Source of the DNA: Azolla caroliniana
Lineage: Eukaryota > Plantae > Polypodiophyta
Reading direction: 5' to 3'
DNA: 64,000 nucleotides
Assembly (NCBI GenBank): GCA_043228905.1
Contig: JBHGNT010000018.1
Span: 4,898,001 to 4,962,000 of the forward strand
In this document: in pieces, positions 11,794 to 22,759 of the stretch
Numbering within the stretch: the stretch's first letter is position 1
Layout of the letters: every line of letters starts with the position of its first letter
The notes under the pieces: model-generated
The model's database searches: none
Seen by the model: the letters and a program-made list of their open reading frames with translations, nothing else
What the model was told of the DNA's origin: nothing
Made by a program: the position numbers and the translations under genes

Positions 11794-11870
11794 AGGAGGT
11801 GGGGTGTTCACACACTTGAGTATCTTAAAGTGTGTTCCCACACTCGGGAAGTTGAGTTTGATTCTCGACA
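11794..11870 (-). repeat. 5' end fragment of an LTR related to the 19321 LTR
   Basis: Minus strand TGTCGAGAATCAAACTCAACTTCCC matches TGTTGAGAATCGAACTCAACTTCCC at 19321. Confidence 0.65.
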
Positions 11871-12337
11871 TGAATCAAGTTGGAAACTTCTTGTACGAGC
11901 ATTCATGTCACCAAAGACAATAACTTCCCCTTTGGATTTGAAATACGCAATACCATCTTCTAGATTGGCAAAAGGTTGATCTTTATCCAAACAAGCATAA
12001 AAGTTAAAATCTTGATGAGGAACGTAACATCCAACTACAAAAGTGGCCAAATCATTAGGTGTTTCTATTTTGAGCCATATGTAGCATTTATGTTCATCAT
12101 TGTTTACGATTGACATATATTTCTCTATTTCCTTCTTAATCAAACATGCCACCCCTCATTGTCCTCTTCTTTGTCTTCGATTTTTCTCCCATATCAAAGA
12201 GTGTACATTATAGTTTCCTAAACCTTGAATCCTTTGAGTATCAGGCTCCAATGTTTCAACAAGAAGTGTGATATATGAGTCATCGGTGAACTCAATGCCA
12301 AATCCCGCATTCCATGGGTATCCATTGCAATTCCATG
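11871..12337 (-). mobile_element. LINE apurinic-endonuclease (EEP) domain fragment
   Basis: WNCNG, LLVET, (G)VACLIKK, GCYVP and VIVFGDMNART motifs in one frame with a stop at 12156. Confidence 0.8.
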
Positions 12338-12565
12338 GACCTGAGTACGAGGTTGCTGCCATCCTTGATTCCAAGCTTGTTCGCAACAAGCTCTACTATC
12401 TAGTCGACTGGCTAGGATATAGTCCCAGTGAGCGTACTTGGGAACCGATAGAGAATGTCACCAATGCTCGTGCTCTTCTTGAAGACTTCCATCGTCAATA
12501 TCCAGACAAATCGGGTCCTCAATCCAAAACGACTCGTTACACTCGTCGTTTTAAAGGGGGGATAG
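12338..12565 (+). repeat. copy of the chromovirus 3' internal end (chromodomain + PPT) preceding its 5' LTR
   Basis: 228 bp matching 17780-18007; encodes EYEVAAILDS..YLVDWLGY..TWEP and ends in the AAAGGGGGG PPT. Confidence 0.93.
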
Positions 12566-13005
12566 TGTCATGATATGGCAAGACTCGAACCCATGACCTT
12601 ATACTACATGGGTCGAGCTCTTGACCATTAGATTATACATTGTAATACATAGAATATTATTTTCATTTATGTTTTATTATAGAAAATTGATGTATATTCC
12701 AGATTTCTCTGGAACATTCTAGAAACTTCAGGAGTATTCCTTAGAACACTATAAAAGGAGGCACAAGGCATTATTTCGAACCAAATCGGTTCAACGCCAG
12801 TCTTAAGCCTCCTAGCTACTGTACATTTTCTTCACATAATATATATCTTTTCTTATCATCACTCTCTCTCTCTCTCTCTCTCTCTCGATCTCTCTCTCCC
12901 TCCCTCTCACTCACTCTTTCCTTCTCTCGAGAGTTCTTCACCTCTCTTAGTACTAATACTTCTTTTAGTACTAATTCCTTCTCTGTCTTAGTACTGTTCC
13001 TGACA
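12566..13005 (+). repeat. chromovirus upstream LTR (440 bp)
   Basis: TGTCA/TGACA termini, TATAAAA at 12750-12756, direct repeat of 18008-18481. Confidence 0.94.
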
Positions 13006-13007
13006 GT

Positions 13008-13019
13008 TTGAACCGATTT
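13008..13019 (+). promoter_or_regulatory. self-priming primer-binding site
   Basis: TTGAACCGATTT is the exact reverse complement of AAATCGGTTCAA at 12783-12794, 33 nt after the start of the TATA box; no TGG tRNA-type PBS. Confidence 0.85.
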
Positions 13020-13078
13020 TCCTACCTTCTGTCTCTCTCATTTCCTACTAATCTCTTATTCCTCTTTTCTTTTATCTC

Positions 13079-14230
13079 ATGGCCACTGTTAGCGCTGAAG
13101 AATATCAATCTGTTTTCTCGGAATTTCAATGCTTGAAAGAGAAGTTTCATGCTTTGGAACAAGAAAACCAACGGTTGTTGGGGGATCTTCAGCAAATCTC
13201 CTTAGAAAAGCAGCAAACGCAACAACAGCATGGGGAACTTGCATTACGCGTGCAACAACTCGAAGCAACCATCGTAGCGATGCGACAACAAGGGCCCGGA
13301 ACACAAGGGATTCATAAAGAACCCAAGATTGGCCTTCCCACGAAGTTTGATGGAACGCGATCGCAGTTTAGAGGGTTCCTTAACCAGGTACGATTAGTTA
13401 TTCAAATGCATCCTTCCCGGTATCCCACCGATGTATCACGAGTGGGTTTAGTAGGCACTTTGTTAAGTGGCTCAGCGTTGGCATGGTTTGCTCCACTATT
13501 AGAAAAGGAATCCCCGTTACTCAACAATTTTGAAGAGTTTCTAGGTGAGTTTAAAGCATGTTTCGGAGATACTGACAGCATAAGGACCGCAATCAACAAA
13601 ATTCGGCGATTACGCCAAGGTGACCGTCCAGCCTCCGCATATGCTGCAGATTTTCGCCTACTCGCCGCCGATATCCCTTGGGATGATCAAGCGTTGATGG
13701 AGCAATTCCGTTATGGTTTACGCAACGACGTCAAGGATTTACTCTTGACCTTCCCCGAAGAGCCAAAGTCCTTAACAGAAGCAATCAGTTACGCGGTGAG
13801 ATGTGACAACCGCCTCTTTGAGCGACGTTCAGAACGACAACTACAGATGCCAAGGGCAAGATCAGAGCCCACCTACGCCTCAGTGGTAGCAAGACCTTTT
13901 CCGAGGGAGTCATATAATGCGCCTCCAGCGAATACTCCGACTCCGATGGAGATTGACACTACACGTCGTCGAGGGCCATTACCTGAAGAAGAAAAGCAGC
14001 GACGCCGTACAAATCGACTATGTCTTTACTGCGGTGGACCAGGACATATTGCAATAAATTGCCCCCATAGGCCAAGAAGACAGGTAAACCAAATAGTCGC
14101 TAGTTCTAATTATACTAAACCCGAGCCTATTTCAGTAGGGATATCTGATAGTCCTAATAGTACTAATAGCCCAGATCTAACAAACAGATTTGATGTCCTT
14201 AGTCAGTTAGAAGAAGAGTTAAACAACTAA
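13079..14230 (+). CDS. chromovirus Gag
   Basis: KIGLPTKFDG, LSGSALAW, LRQGDRPASAYAADF, PMEID, CLYCGGPGHIAINC knuckle. Confidence 0.92.
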   Translation: MATVSAEEYQSVFSEFQCLKEKFHALEQENQRLLGDLQQISLEKQQTQQQHGELALRVQQLEATIVAMRQQGPGTQGIHKEPKIGLPTKFDGTRSQFRGFLNQVRLVIQMHPSRYPTDVSRVGLVGTLLSGSALAWFAPLLEKESPLLNNFEEFLGEFKACFGDTDSIRTAINKIRRLRQGDRPASAYAADFRLLAADIPWDDQALMEQFRYGLRNDVKDLLLTFPEEPKSLTEAISYAVRCDNRLFERRSERQLQMPRARSEPTYASVVARPFPRESYNAPPANTPTPMEIDTTRRRGPLPEEEKQRRRTNRLCLYCGGPGHIAINCPHRPRRQVNQIVASSNYTKPEPISVGISDSPNSTNSPDLTNRFDVLSQLEEELNN

Positions 14231-14269
14231 GTCCAGCCAAAATAGGAGTCGTTTGGTTGGACAGCCCTA
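14218..14269 (+). promoter_or_regulatory. candidate -1 programmed ribosomal frameshift signal
   Basis: G TTA AAC in gag frame (14218-14224), 6-nt spacer, 11-bp stem 14231-14241/14252-14262; pol is in the -1 frame and open at this point. Confidence 0.75.
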
Positions 14270-17200
14270 GATCTGTGCAGCCCATTAGTGGTTCCATTCC
14301 CTCTAAGCAAGTTAGTGATGTGTTCGTAGCCCAAGTAATAGTTAGTACTAAAAGTACCCCTCCAGTACATGTCCTAGCACTCCTAGATTCCGGAGCTAAC
14401 TCTTGCTTTATGGATAAGAAATTTGCTCAAGCTCATAAGATATCCCTAAGAAAACTCCAGTGTCCAGCCTCTTCTGTGCAGCCCATTAGTGGTTCCATTC
14501 CCTCTAAGCAAGTTAGTGATGTGTTCGTAGCCCAAGTAATAGTTAGTACTAAAAGTACCCCTCCAGTACATGTCCTAGCACTCCTAGATTCCGGAGCTAA
14601 CTCTTGCTTTATGGATAAGAAATTTGCTCAAGCTCATAAGATATCTCTAAGAAAACTCCAGTGTCCAGCCTCTGTAGTAGTCATTGATGGACATCCCATT
14701 GCTTCCGGAAATATCATAGAAGAGTCAGAGCCCATTAATATTGTCCTAGATAACTTAGCATGTGTAGTATCATTTAATATTATTAGTATCCCAGAACATC
14801 CCATAGTTTTAGGATTACCGTGGTTCGAGTTACATAACCCTGACATAGATTGGAGAACAAGAGAAATCCGGTGTCGACAAACCCAAGGGTCAACTCAGAA
14901 GATGGCAACCATTTCGCTACGTCAGTTGCGTAAAGAAGGGCACAAGGAGGAAATGTTCCTCTTTGCAATATCAGTAAACCCCTCCAACACCACTAAAGAA
15001 GGATCCACCGTTCAACTTCCCGAGAAGTATCGTCATTATGCCGATGTGTTCGATAAAGTACAAGCCAACACACTTCCTCATCATCGACCGTACGATTGCC
15101 CCATCGATTTACAACCGGGAAAAGAGCCGCCATGGGGACCGATCTACAATTTGTCACCAACCGAGCTAGAAGTCCTTCGGGCCTATATAGAGGAGAATTT
15201 GGAAAATGGTTTCATTCGGCTTTCGAAATCTCCAGCCGGCGCGCCCATTTTCTTCGTCAAGAAAAAGGATGGATCGCTTCATCTTGTTGTAGATTACCGT
15301 GGCCTGAATAAGGTTACAATCAGGAATAGGTATGCTCTTCCCCTTATCTCAAGTCTTTTAGAACGGATCAATGGTGCCAGGTTCTTCACGAAGATCGACT
15401 TACGGGGAGCATATAACCTCGTACGGATCCGACCAGGAGACGAATGGAAGACCGCGTTTCGCACCAGATATGGGCACTTCGAGTATACGGTCATGTCGTT
15501 CGGCCTCACTAATGCACCCGCAGTCTTCCAGCACATGGCTAATGATATATTCCGAGATCTATTGGATGATTGTTTGATCATCTATTTGGATGATCTACTG
15601 GTTTATTCAAAGACCCAAGAAGAACATGATTCTCATGTACTATTAGTACTAAAACGACTTCGAGAACATGGTCTGTATGCAAAGCTGGAAAAATGTAGTT
15701 TCGGGTGCAACCAAGTGGAATTTCTCGGCTACATCATTTCGTCAGAAAGCATCTCCATGGACCCAGCTAAGGTCAAAACGGTGGTAGAATGGCAGACTCC
15801 ACGTTCGGTGCGGGATGTGCAATGCTTCCTAGGCTTTGCCAATTTTTACCGGAAGTTCATACAAGATTACTCAAAGATCGTTCTACCTCTCACACAACTT
15901 ACCAGGAAGGGACAACCGTTCATTTGGTCTGAAGAAACGGACGTGGCTTTCGAGAGTCTTAAAAAGGCATTTACATCGGCTCCAATTCTAGCTCATGTCG
16001 ATCCGGAAAAACCATTTATTATCGAAGCTGACGCATCGGATTTTGCATTGGGGAGCATTTTGTCACAACAGGGGAATGATGAGAAGCTACATCCTGTGGC
16101 TTTTCACTCATGCAAGTTTGACGCCGCCGAAATCAACTACGAAATTCATGATAAGGAGCTATTGGCAATAGTGGATTCTTTTATGCAATGGACGCATTTT
16201 CTGGAGGGATCCTCTCATCCGGTCACCGTATTTAGTGACCACAAGAACCTTGCCTACTTTCAGGATGCTCGTGTGTTGAATTGACGTCAAGCTCGGTGGG
16301 CCCACTTCCTCACGCGTTTCAACTTCAAAATTACATATCGTCCGGGGAAGCACCAAGGGAAGGCAGATGCATTATCACGGCGTTCGTATCTAGCACCCCG
16401 TCCCGGCGAGCCAGCTTTTGATAACCAAAAACAAGTCATCTTGGGACCGGCACGACTACAAGCAACAAAGATCTTTGACATGCCCATGGATTCCCGCGTT
16501 ATCGATACCATACGCGAAGACTTGAAGACAGATGCATTCGCCCAAGCTATACTAGCACAAATTGATCCCTCTCGATCATCGTGTTCACAGTCGCAACCAC
16601 CAGGTATGGACTATCGGCAATTCAAATATCATGATGGATTACTCTTCTTTAAAGAACTTTTGTATGTTCCTAATGGTTCTTGCCGCCTTCAAGTAGTACA
16701 AAACTATCATGACACATATACAGCTAGGCATTTTGGGAGTACTAAAACACTACATTTAGTACAACGATCATTCTGGTGGCCCTGTATGCGACAATTTGTC
16801 GAGGATTTTGTTCGGACTTGTGATACATGTTGCAGAGCGAAAATGCCAAGGCATCATCCGTATGGTTTATTAGAACCATTACCAATTCCAAGCAAGCCGT
16901 GGCAATCCATTGCTCTAGACTTCATCACAGATCTTCCAGTCTCTAAGGGGTTCAATGCGATTCTAACGGTGGTCGATCGATATACGAAGATGGCTCATTT
17001 CTTGCCATGTACTAAGGAGATCTCCAGTGAAAACACTGCCGAAATTGTCATGCGTGAAGTATGTCGGCATCATGGATTTCCCAATAGTATCATCAGCGAC
17101 CGTGGACCCCAGTTCGTGTCAAAATTCTGGAAGCACCTTTTTAACATGCTCAAGGTCACTTGTAACCTCTCCTCCGGCTACCACCCACAAACCGACGGCC

Positions 17201-18015
17201 AAGCCGAACGAACCAATCAAACGTTGGAGCAGTATCTGTGGTGCTTTCTCAGCTATCATCAAGATGACTGGGCAGATATTCTCCACTTTGCCGAATTTGC
17301 CTATAACAACTCTATCCACGCATCCACGAAAGTTACGCCATTTTATGCTTATACGGGATGTCACCCCCGGTGGTGTGTACTTGAAACCCTAGAGGTGTCC
17401 ACAAATCCTTGCGCAGAGAATCGTTTGGAGAGGTTACGCAAGATACAAGCGGATTTATCTACTCATCTCCAACAAGCTCAACAAACACACAAGGTTTATG
17501 TGGATCGTCATCGACTCCCATCTAGTTTTAACATTGGAGATTGGGTATGGCTACTCCGACGACACATCAAGACTACTCGCCCATGCGAGAAGTTGGATTA
17601 TCGGCGATTAGGTCCTTTCCGTATTATCGGAAAGATTAATGATGTCGCTTTTCGTCTTGATCTACCTCCACAACTTCGGATACATCCGGTGTTTCATAGT
17701 TCTCTCCTCGAACCCTATCAAGAAAGCACCATCCCAGGACGTATTACACAGCCTCCACCCCCGATCGAGCTTGAAGATAGACCTGAGTACGAGGTTGCTG
17801 CCATCCTTGATTCCAAGCTTGTTCGCAACAAGCTCTACTATCTAGTCGACTGGCTAGGATATAGTCCCAGTGAGCGTACTTGGGAACCGATAGAGAATGT
17901 CACCAATGCTCGTGCTCTTCTTGAAGACTTCCATCGTCAATATCCAGACAAATCGGGTCCTCAATCCAAAACGACTCGTTACACTCGTCGTTTTAAAGGG
18001 GGGATAGTGTCATGA
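14221..18015 (+). pseudogene. chromovirus Pol (PR-RT-RNaseH-INT-chromodomain) with one premature stop
   Basis: LLDSGA twice, YLDD, ADASDF, IALDFITDLP, SDRGPQF, chromodomain; ORFs 14257-16284 and 16441-18015 share a frame, split by TGA 16282-16284 in LN(R)RQARW. Confidence 0.9.
14272..14673 (+). repeat. 201-bp in-frame tandem duplication in the protease region
   Basis: 14272-14472 and 14473-14673 differ at one position that I could see; 67 aa repeated. Confidence 0.95.
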
Positions 18016-18300
18016 TATGGCAAGACTCGAACCCATGACCTTATACTACATGGGTCGAGCTCTTGACCATTAGATTATACATTGTAATACATAGAATATT
18101 ATTTTCATTTATGTTTTATTATAGAAAATTGATGTATATTCCAGATTTCTCTGGAACATTCTAGAAACTTCAGGAGTATTCCTTAGAACACTATAAAAGG
18201 AGGCACAAGGCATTATTTCGAACCAAATCGGTTCAACGCCAGTCTTAAGCCTCCTAGCTACTGTACATTTTCTTCACATAATATATATCTTTTCTTATCA

Positions 18301-18345
<45 letters not shown>

Positions 18346-18477
18346 CTCTCTCTCTCTCTCTCAATCTCTCTCTCCCTCCCTCTCACTCACTCTTTCCTTC
18401 TCTCGAGAGTTCTTCACCTCTCTTAGTACTAATACTTCTTTTAGTACTAATTCCTTCTCTGTCTTAGTACTGTTCCT

Positions 18478-18481
<4 letters not shown>
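18008..18481 (+). repeat. chromovirus 3' LTR (474 bp)
   Basis: Follows the PPT; TGTCA/TGACA termini; flanked on the right by (GA)n. Confidence 0.94.
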
Positions 18482-18517
<36 letters not shown>

Positions 18518-18749
18518 CATGGAGTAAAAGCATATCTACAAAAGTTGAAGGGAGTACTAATGTGGTAATTTTCTTTATTGGAGCAAGTGGAAATTCTTTC
18601 CTTGGTGGAGTGTTTGCCTTGCCTATTGGCAATTCAACATGTTCCACTACCCATGTAGTGTAGTTAGTGGGTGATCATACTCCACTGTCACACCCATTGT
18701 TAGTAGTGTTTTTTACACACATTTATTAATATAATTGTATGTTTTCACC

Positions 18750-18786
<37 letters not shown>

Positions 18787-18792
18787 CCAAAT

Positions 18793-19200
18793 GGATGTAG
18801 CTCAGTTGGTAAGGCTGCCCAATGGAGAGCAAGTGGTCATGGGTTCAACCCCTACATTCCACAGTGGCATCTAGTGAATTAAGAGATATATATGAAGTAA
18901 AGAAGTGAGAAAATTGGGTTTCAAACCCATGACGCAGTGCTTGTAGTGTTAACAACATACCACTAGGGCAAGCTAATTATGATAAAGATAGACAGAGAGC
19001 CCATATAGATGTAGCTCAGTTGGTAAGGTTGTGTAATGGAGGTCATAGGTTCAACCCCTACATTCCATAATGGCATCTAGTGAATTAAAAAATATATATG
19101 AAGTAATCGAGAAGTGAGAAATTGGGTTTCAACCCCAAGACATATTGTTAATAGTGTAACAACTTACCAGCAGGGTAAGCTAATTACGATAAAAAGAGAA
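18793..19200 (+). mobile_element. two tandem tRNA-derived SINE-like units (about 215 bp period)
   Basis: A box TAGCTCAGTTGG (18798-18809, 19012-19023), B box GGTTCAACCCC (18842-18852), acceptor-like GGATGTA/TACATTCC; the unit bodies align. Confidence 0.7.
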
Positions 19201-19320
19201 AAAATCAACTTAATCGAGTTGCTAACTTATTGTTTTTCTCCTCATAAACCCAAACTTTCACGCAACATTCTTAATATATGATCTAGGACCAATCAAATAT
19301 GGCTTTGTATGCTTTAGAGG

Positions 19321-19557
19321 TGTTGAGAATCGAACTCAACTTCCCATAGATAGGTTTCACACTAGTTCATGGACATGTTGGGCTAGTTTTGTAAATAGTA
19401 GAAAGGGCACTTGCCCTAGCTTAGTTGGTATATAAACCAACGCATTGTAACGTAGTTGTTGTTGGATGTTTTATGTTTTGATGTAATCTTGGGTAATATA
19501 CAGTTTATCTATCTCTGTCATAAGAGCTCCCTCTCTCTCTCTCTCTCTCTCTCACTC

Positions 19558-19632
<75 letters not shown>

Positions 19633-22183
19633 AGACTCACACACACACTCATCTTCCGCTACATTACAACCACTCTTGCCTCCTCATTTCTTTACATGGT
19701 ATCAGAGCGAGTGGTTGCCTGATCAAGCATTTTCGACTATGTTGTGTTGCATGCCGACGATCAATAGAACCGGCCCATCGACAGAGAAGAAATCACCATG
19801 AATACTCAAATGGGAAACGCTCTTCCTACCGAGAAGCTCGACAGAACGAACTTTGCATCTTGGGAATACAAAATGCATCAATATCTTGTCGGACAAGGCT
19901 ACTGGAGCTACATCGAAGGAGCTCACGAATCACACCCCAACCCAACACATGTCGACTATCCCCCTTGGGAGCAGGCCACAAGCCATGTGTTGTATTGCCT
20001 TGCATCATGCGTTCATGATCACATGCTTGGTTATATTCAAGAGGCAAAAACGCCGAAGCAGGCGTGGGAAAACCTCAAGAAGATTTTCGCAGCCAATACG
20101 GCCGCATGAAAGCTCCAACTTCAACAGGAGCTGAACAATCTTCAACAAAGGGACATGTCAATCAGCAACTACACCTTAAAGATTGAGTTGTGCGATGCCC
20201 TTGGATCGATCAATGTCAGCATTGACGACGAAGAAATGGTGCAGATATGCCTCGATGGCTTAGCACCGTGATTTGGCGCCATAAGATCGGTCATTCTCGC
20301 GAGAGAGAATCCTCCCTCCTTTTTTGATCTCCAATCTTTATTGCTGGTCAAAGAGAATCACGTGCGTCAAAGGAACAACGCACACGAAGGACATATGTTA
20401 TATTTGAACTTCGATGGAGGAAGAGGACACGGTCGTGGCAAGAGAGGCCAATACGGGCAAGGTCGACACAATCAAAATTGTAATTCCTAACTATGGCAGG
20501 CAGACAGAAATGGCCCCAGAGAGTTCGGTGGAAGGTGGAGTCATCACACCGGACCGAGCAACCGTAGGAACTCAGTTGAGTGCGGGTACTGTGGAAAACC
20601 CGGCCACTGCAAAGAGGAGTGTCGGAAGAAGACGCATGAGCAAGGCTAACAACTGACAAATTACGCCACAAACTCCGACTACGGCGATCGTGGCGGAATG
20701 TTCATAATGAAGCACGAAGCGCACTCGATGTCCGCACTTGTGTCAACTAGTGCCTCCACTCCGAATAGTGTATGGTTTGTCGACTCAGGAGCATCCAATC
20801 ACATGACATCCCATGAAGATTGGTTTCGGGAACTAAGGAAGCCCGAATGTCCCGGATATGTCGAAACAAGTGATGACACGACGCATCCAATACAGCACAT
20901 CGGGAATGTCCCATTCGGAAACGACGGCAAACAAACCTACCTCAAGAACGTGTTGCATCTCCCCACCATCACGAAAAACGTGGTCTCAGTCAGCCAATTT
21001 GTCGAACAAGGAATGCAAGTACGCTTCAATAATGACGGATGCTTCATCGAAAAAGGCGATCAAGTCATAGCTCACGGCCGACGAGAAGGTCGTATGTTCA
21101 TCCTCGAATCAAGCGAGGTAAAGTCGGCCATGTACGCAAAGGGTCAAAAAGTCGAAACCGACTTAAAACTGTGGCACAAGAGAATTAGCCACATTAATCT
21201 CCAGAAACTACAAAACATGCAATCGAAAGGAGTCGTAATCGGACTCCTGAACTTTACGTCAAAGGAGATTGCAGGCGTATGCGAAGCATGTCAGTTCGGA
21301 AAGCAACGTCGTCACCAATTCCCTAAAGAGCGGAATGTGAGCAAAGGAATCCTGGATGTCGTACATTCAGATGTGTGGGGACCGGCTCAGACAACAACAT
21401 TCGGCGGATGCCAATACTATGTCACGTTCATCGACAACTTCTCCAGGAACACCTGGATCTATCCGATGAAGCAGAAGAGTGAAGTGTTCAGGCACTTCCA
21501 GACATTCAAGGCCGAAGTCGAAAAAACTACGAGTCGGCATGTACGTTGTCTTCGATCATATGGAGGCAGAGAATATTTTTCGGATGAATTTACGGCGTAT
21601 CTCCGAAAATAAGGAATTCGACGAGAGTTCTCGTGTCGACACACGCCTCAACAAAACGACGTAGCAAAGCGTAAAAATCGCCATGTAGTAGAAGTTGCAC
21701 GAGCCATGATGAACGAGAAGAACCTGCCGAAATCATATTGGGCAGAAGCAGCAAATACGGTCGTATATCTCATGAACAGGTGCACAACCTCGGGAGTACA
21801 CGATATAACTCCGCATGAGAAGTTCTTCGAAAAGAAGCCGGATTTGTCACATGTCCGCATCTTCGGTTCTATCGCCTACATACATATTGCCGACGATACG
21901 CGGCAAAAGCTTGACCCAAAGTCGGAGAAATGCATCCTCATAGGATACTCACTCGAATAGAAGGGGTACAAATGCTACAACCCATCTACCCGAAAAGTTC
22001 GAACAAGTCGAGACGTAGTCTTCGACGAGTACGCATCCTGGTATGCACCAGAGAATACTTCGACTTCAGCCCCGCTCGACGCGGATGACACTGAAATAGA
22101 AATAGAAGTTGGGGATCGGCTCTCACATATGTTAAAAGACAGCCCAATTATGACACGGTTGAGTGGGCCATTAGAGCCGCCGA
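19321..22183 (+). mobile_element. decayed Ty1/copia (family Y relative), 5' LTR to end of integrase
   Basis: LTR 19321-19696 (TG..CA, TATATAAA, long (CT)n), PBS TGGTATCAGAGC 19697-19708, broken Gag, WFVDSGAS, HSDVWGP, KLDPKSEKCILIGYS; homologous to the 9750-11793 element. Confidence 0.9.
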
Positions 22184-22750
22184 TGTCACGGACACACCAA
22201 GCGCGGACTAAGATGGAGCATGGATGATGAGGCTATGACGGAGCGATGACGCGAGGAGCTTAAGACGGGGAATGACACAAGAGCATAAAGATAGAGATGA
22301 AGATGAAGGAGAGAGGATGGGCGAAATGGGAATACTAGATTGATATGTCCATGACTGGCGTTGTTCACCTTGAATTCCTTCAAGGTGAACTCAACTACTT
22401 ATACTAAGTAGCATGCATACCTGTTGCACGCATGTGATACAATAGAGCATGTAGGCAGTAGGTATGCATGCATGTGCCAAGTGTAAATAATACAAGGGAG
22501 AAATTATGCACATGATGCTAGCTAAAACCTACAATGAGGAAGTATATACATGATTATATGCTAGATGTGTGGTTAACACATAACACTCGATTATAACATG
22601 GTCATGTCAAGAGTTCGAATCTTGACATTATCCCCCCTCCAACGATGCCTTCCCAAATCGTTTATCAGCTTTAGGGGATATTGTTGATGAAATTCTTAGA
22701 TCACCTCCAAAGTATTTTGTAAATCCTAGACAAGGAGTAACCCTTCCTTA
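22184..22750 (-). mobile_element. 3' end of a second chromovirus: 3' LTR 22184-22627, PPT and chromodomain tail
   Basis: TGTCA...TGACA segment; minus-strand GGAGGGGGG PPT at about 22632-22640; minus translation EVI*EFHQQYP resembles EDFHRQYP of the intact element. Confidence 0.75.
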
Positions 22751-22759
22751 AGATGAGGT

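Larger units (their letters stand above)
12566..18481 (+). mobile_element. Ty3/gypsy chromovirus, Tcn1-like
   Basis: TGTCA...TGACA LTRs 12566-13005 and 18008-18481, differing mainly in the (CT)n tract; separate gag and pol; PR-RT-RH-INT order with a group-I-like chromodomain; non-tRNA PBS. Confidence 0.93.

Noticed and set aside
16282-16284. Programmed readthrough of the TGA in chromovirus pol
   Set aside because: Falls in the conserved LNRRQARW motif and is a simple CGA-to-TGA decay.
18793-18865. Functional tRNA gene
   Set aside because: Anticodon arm does not pair, acceptor stem is imperfect and the second copy is deleted in that region.
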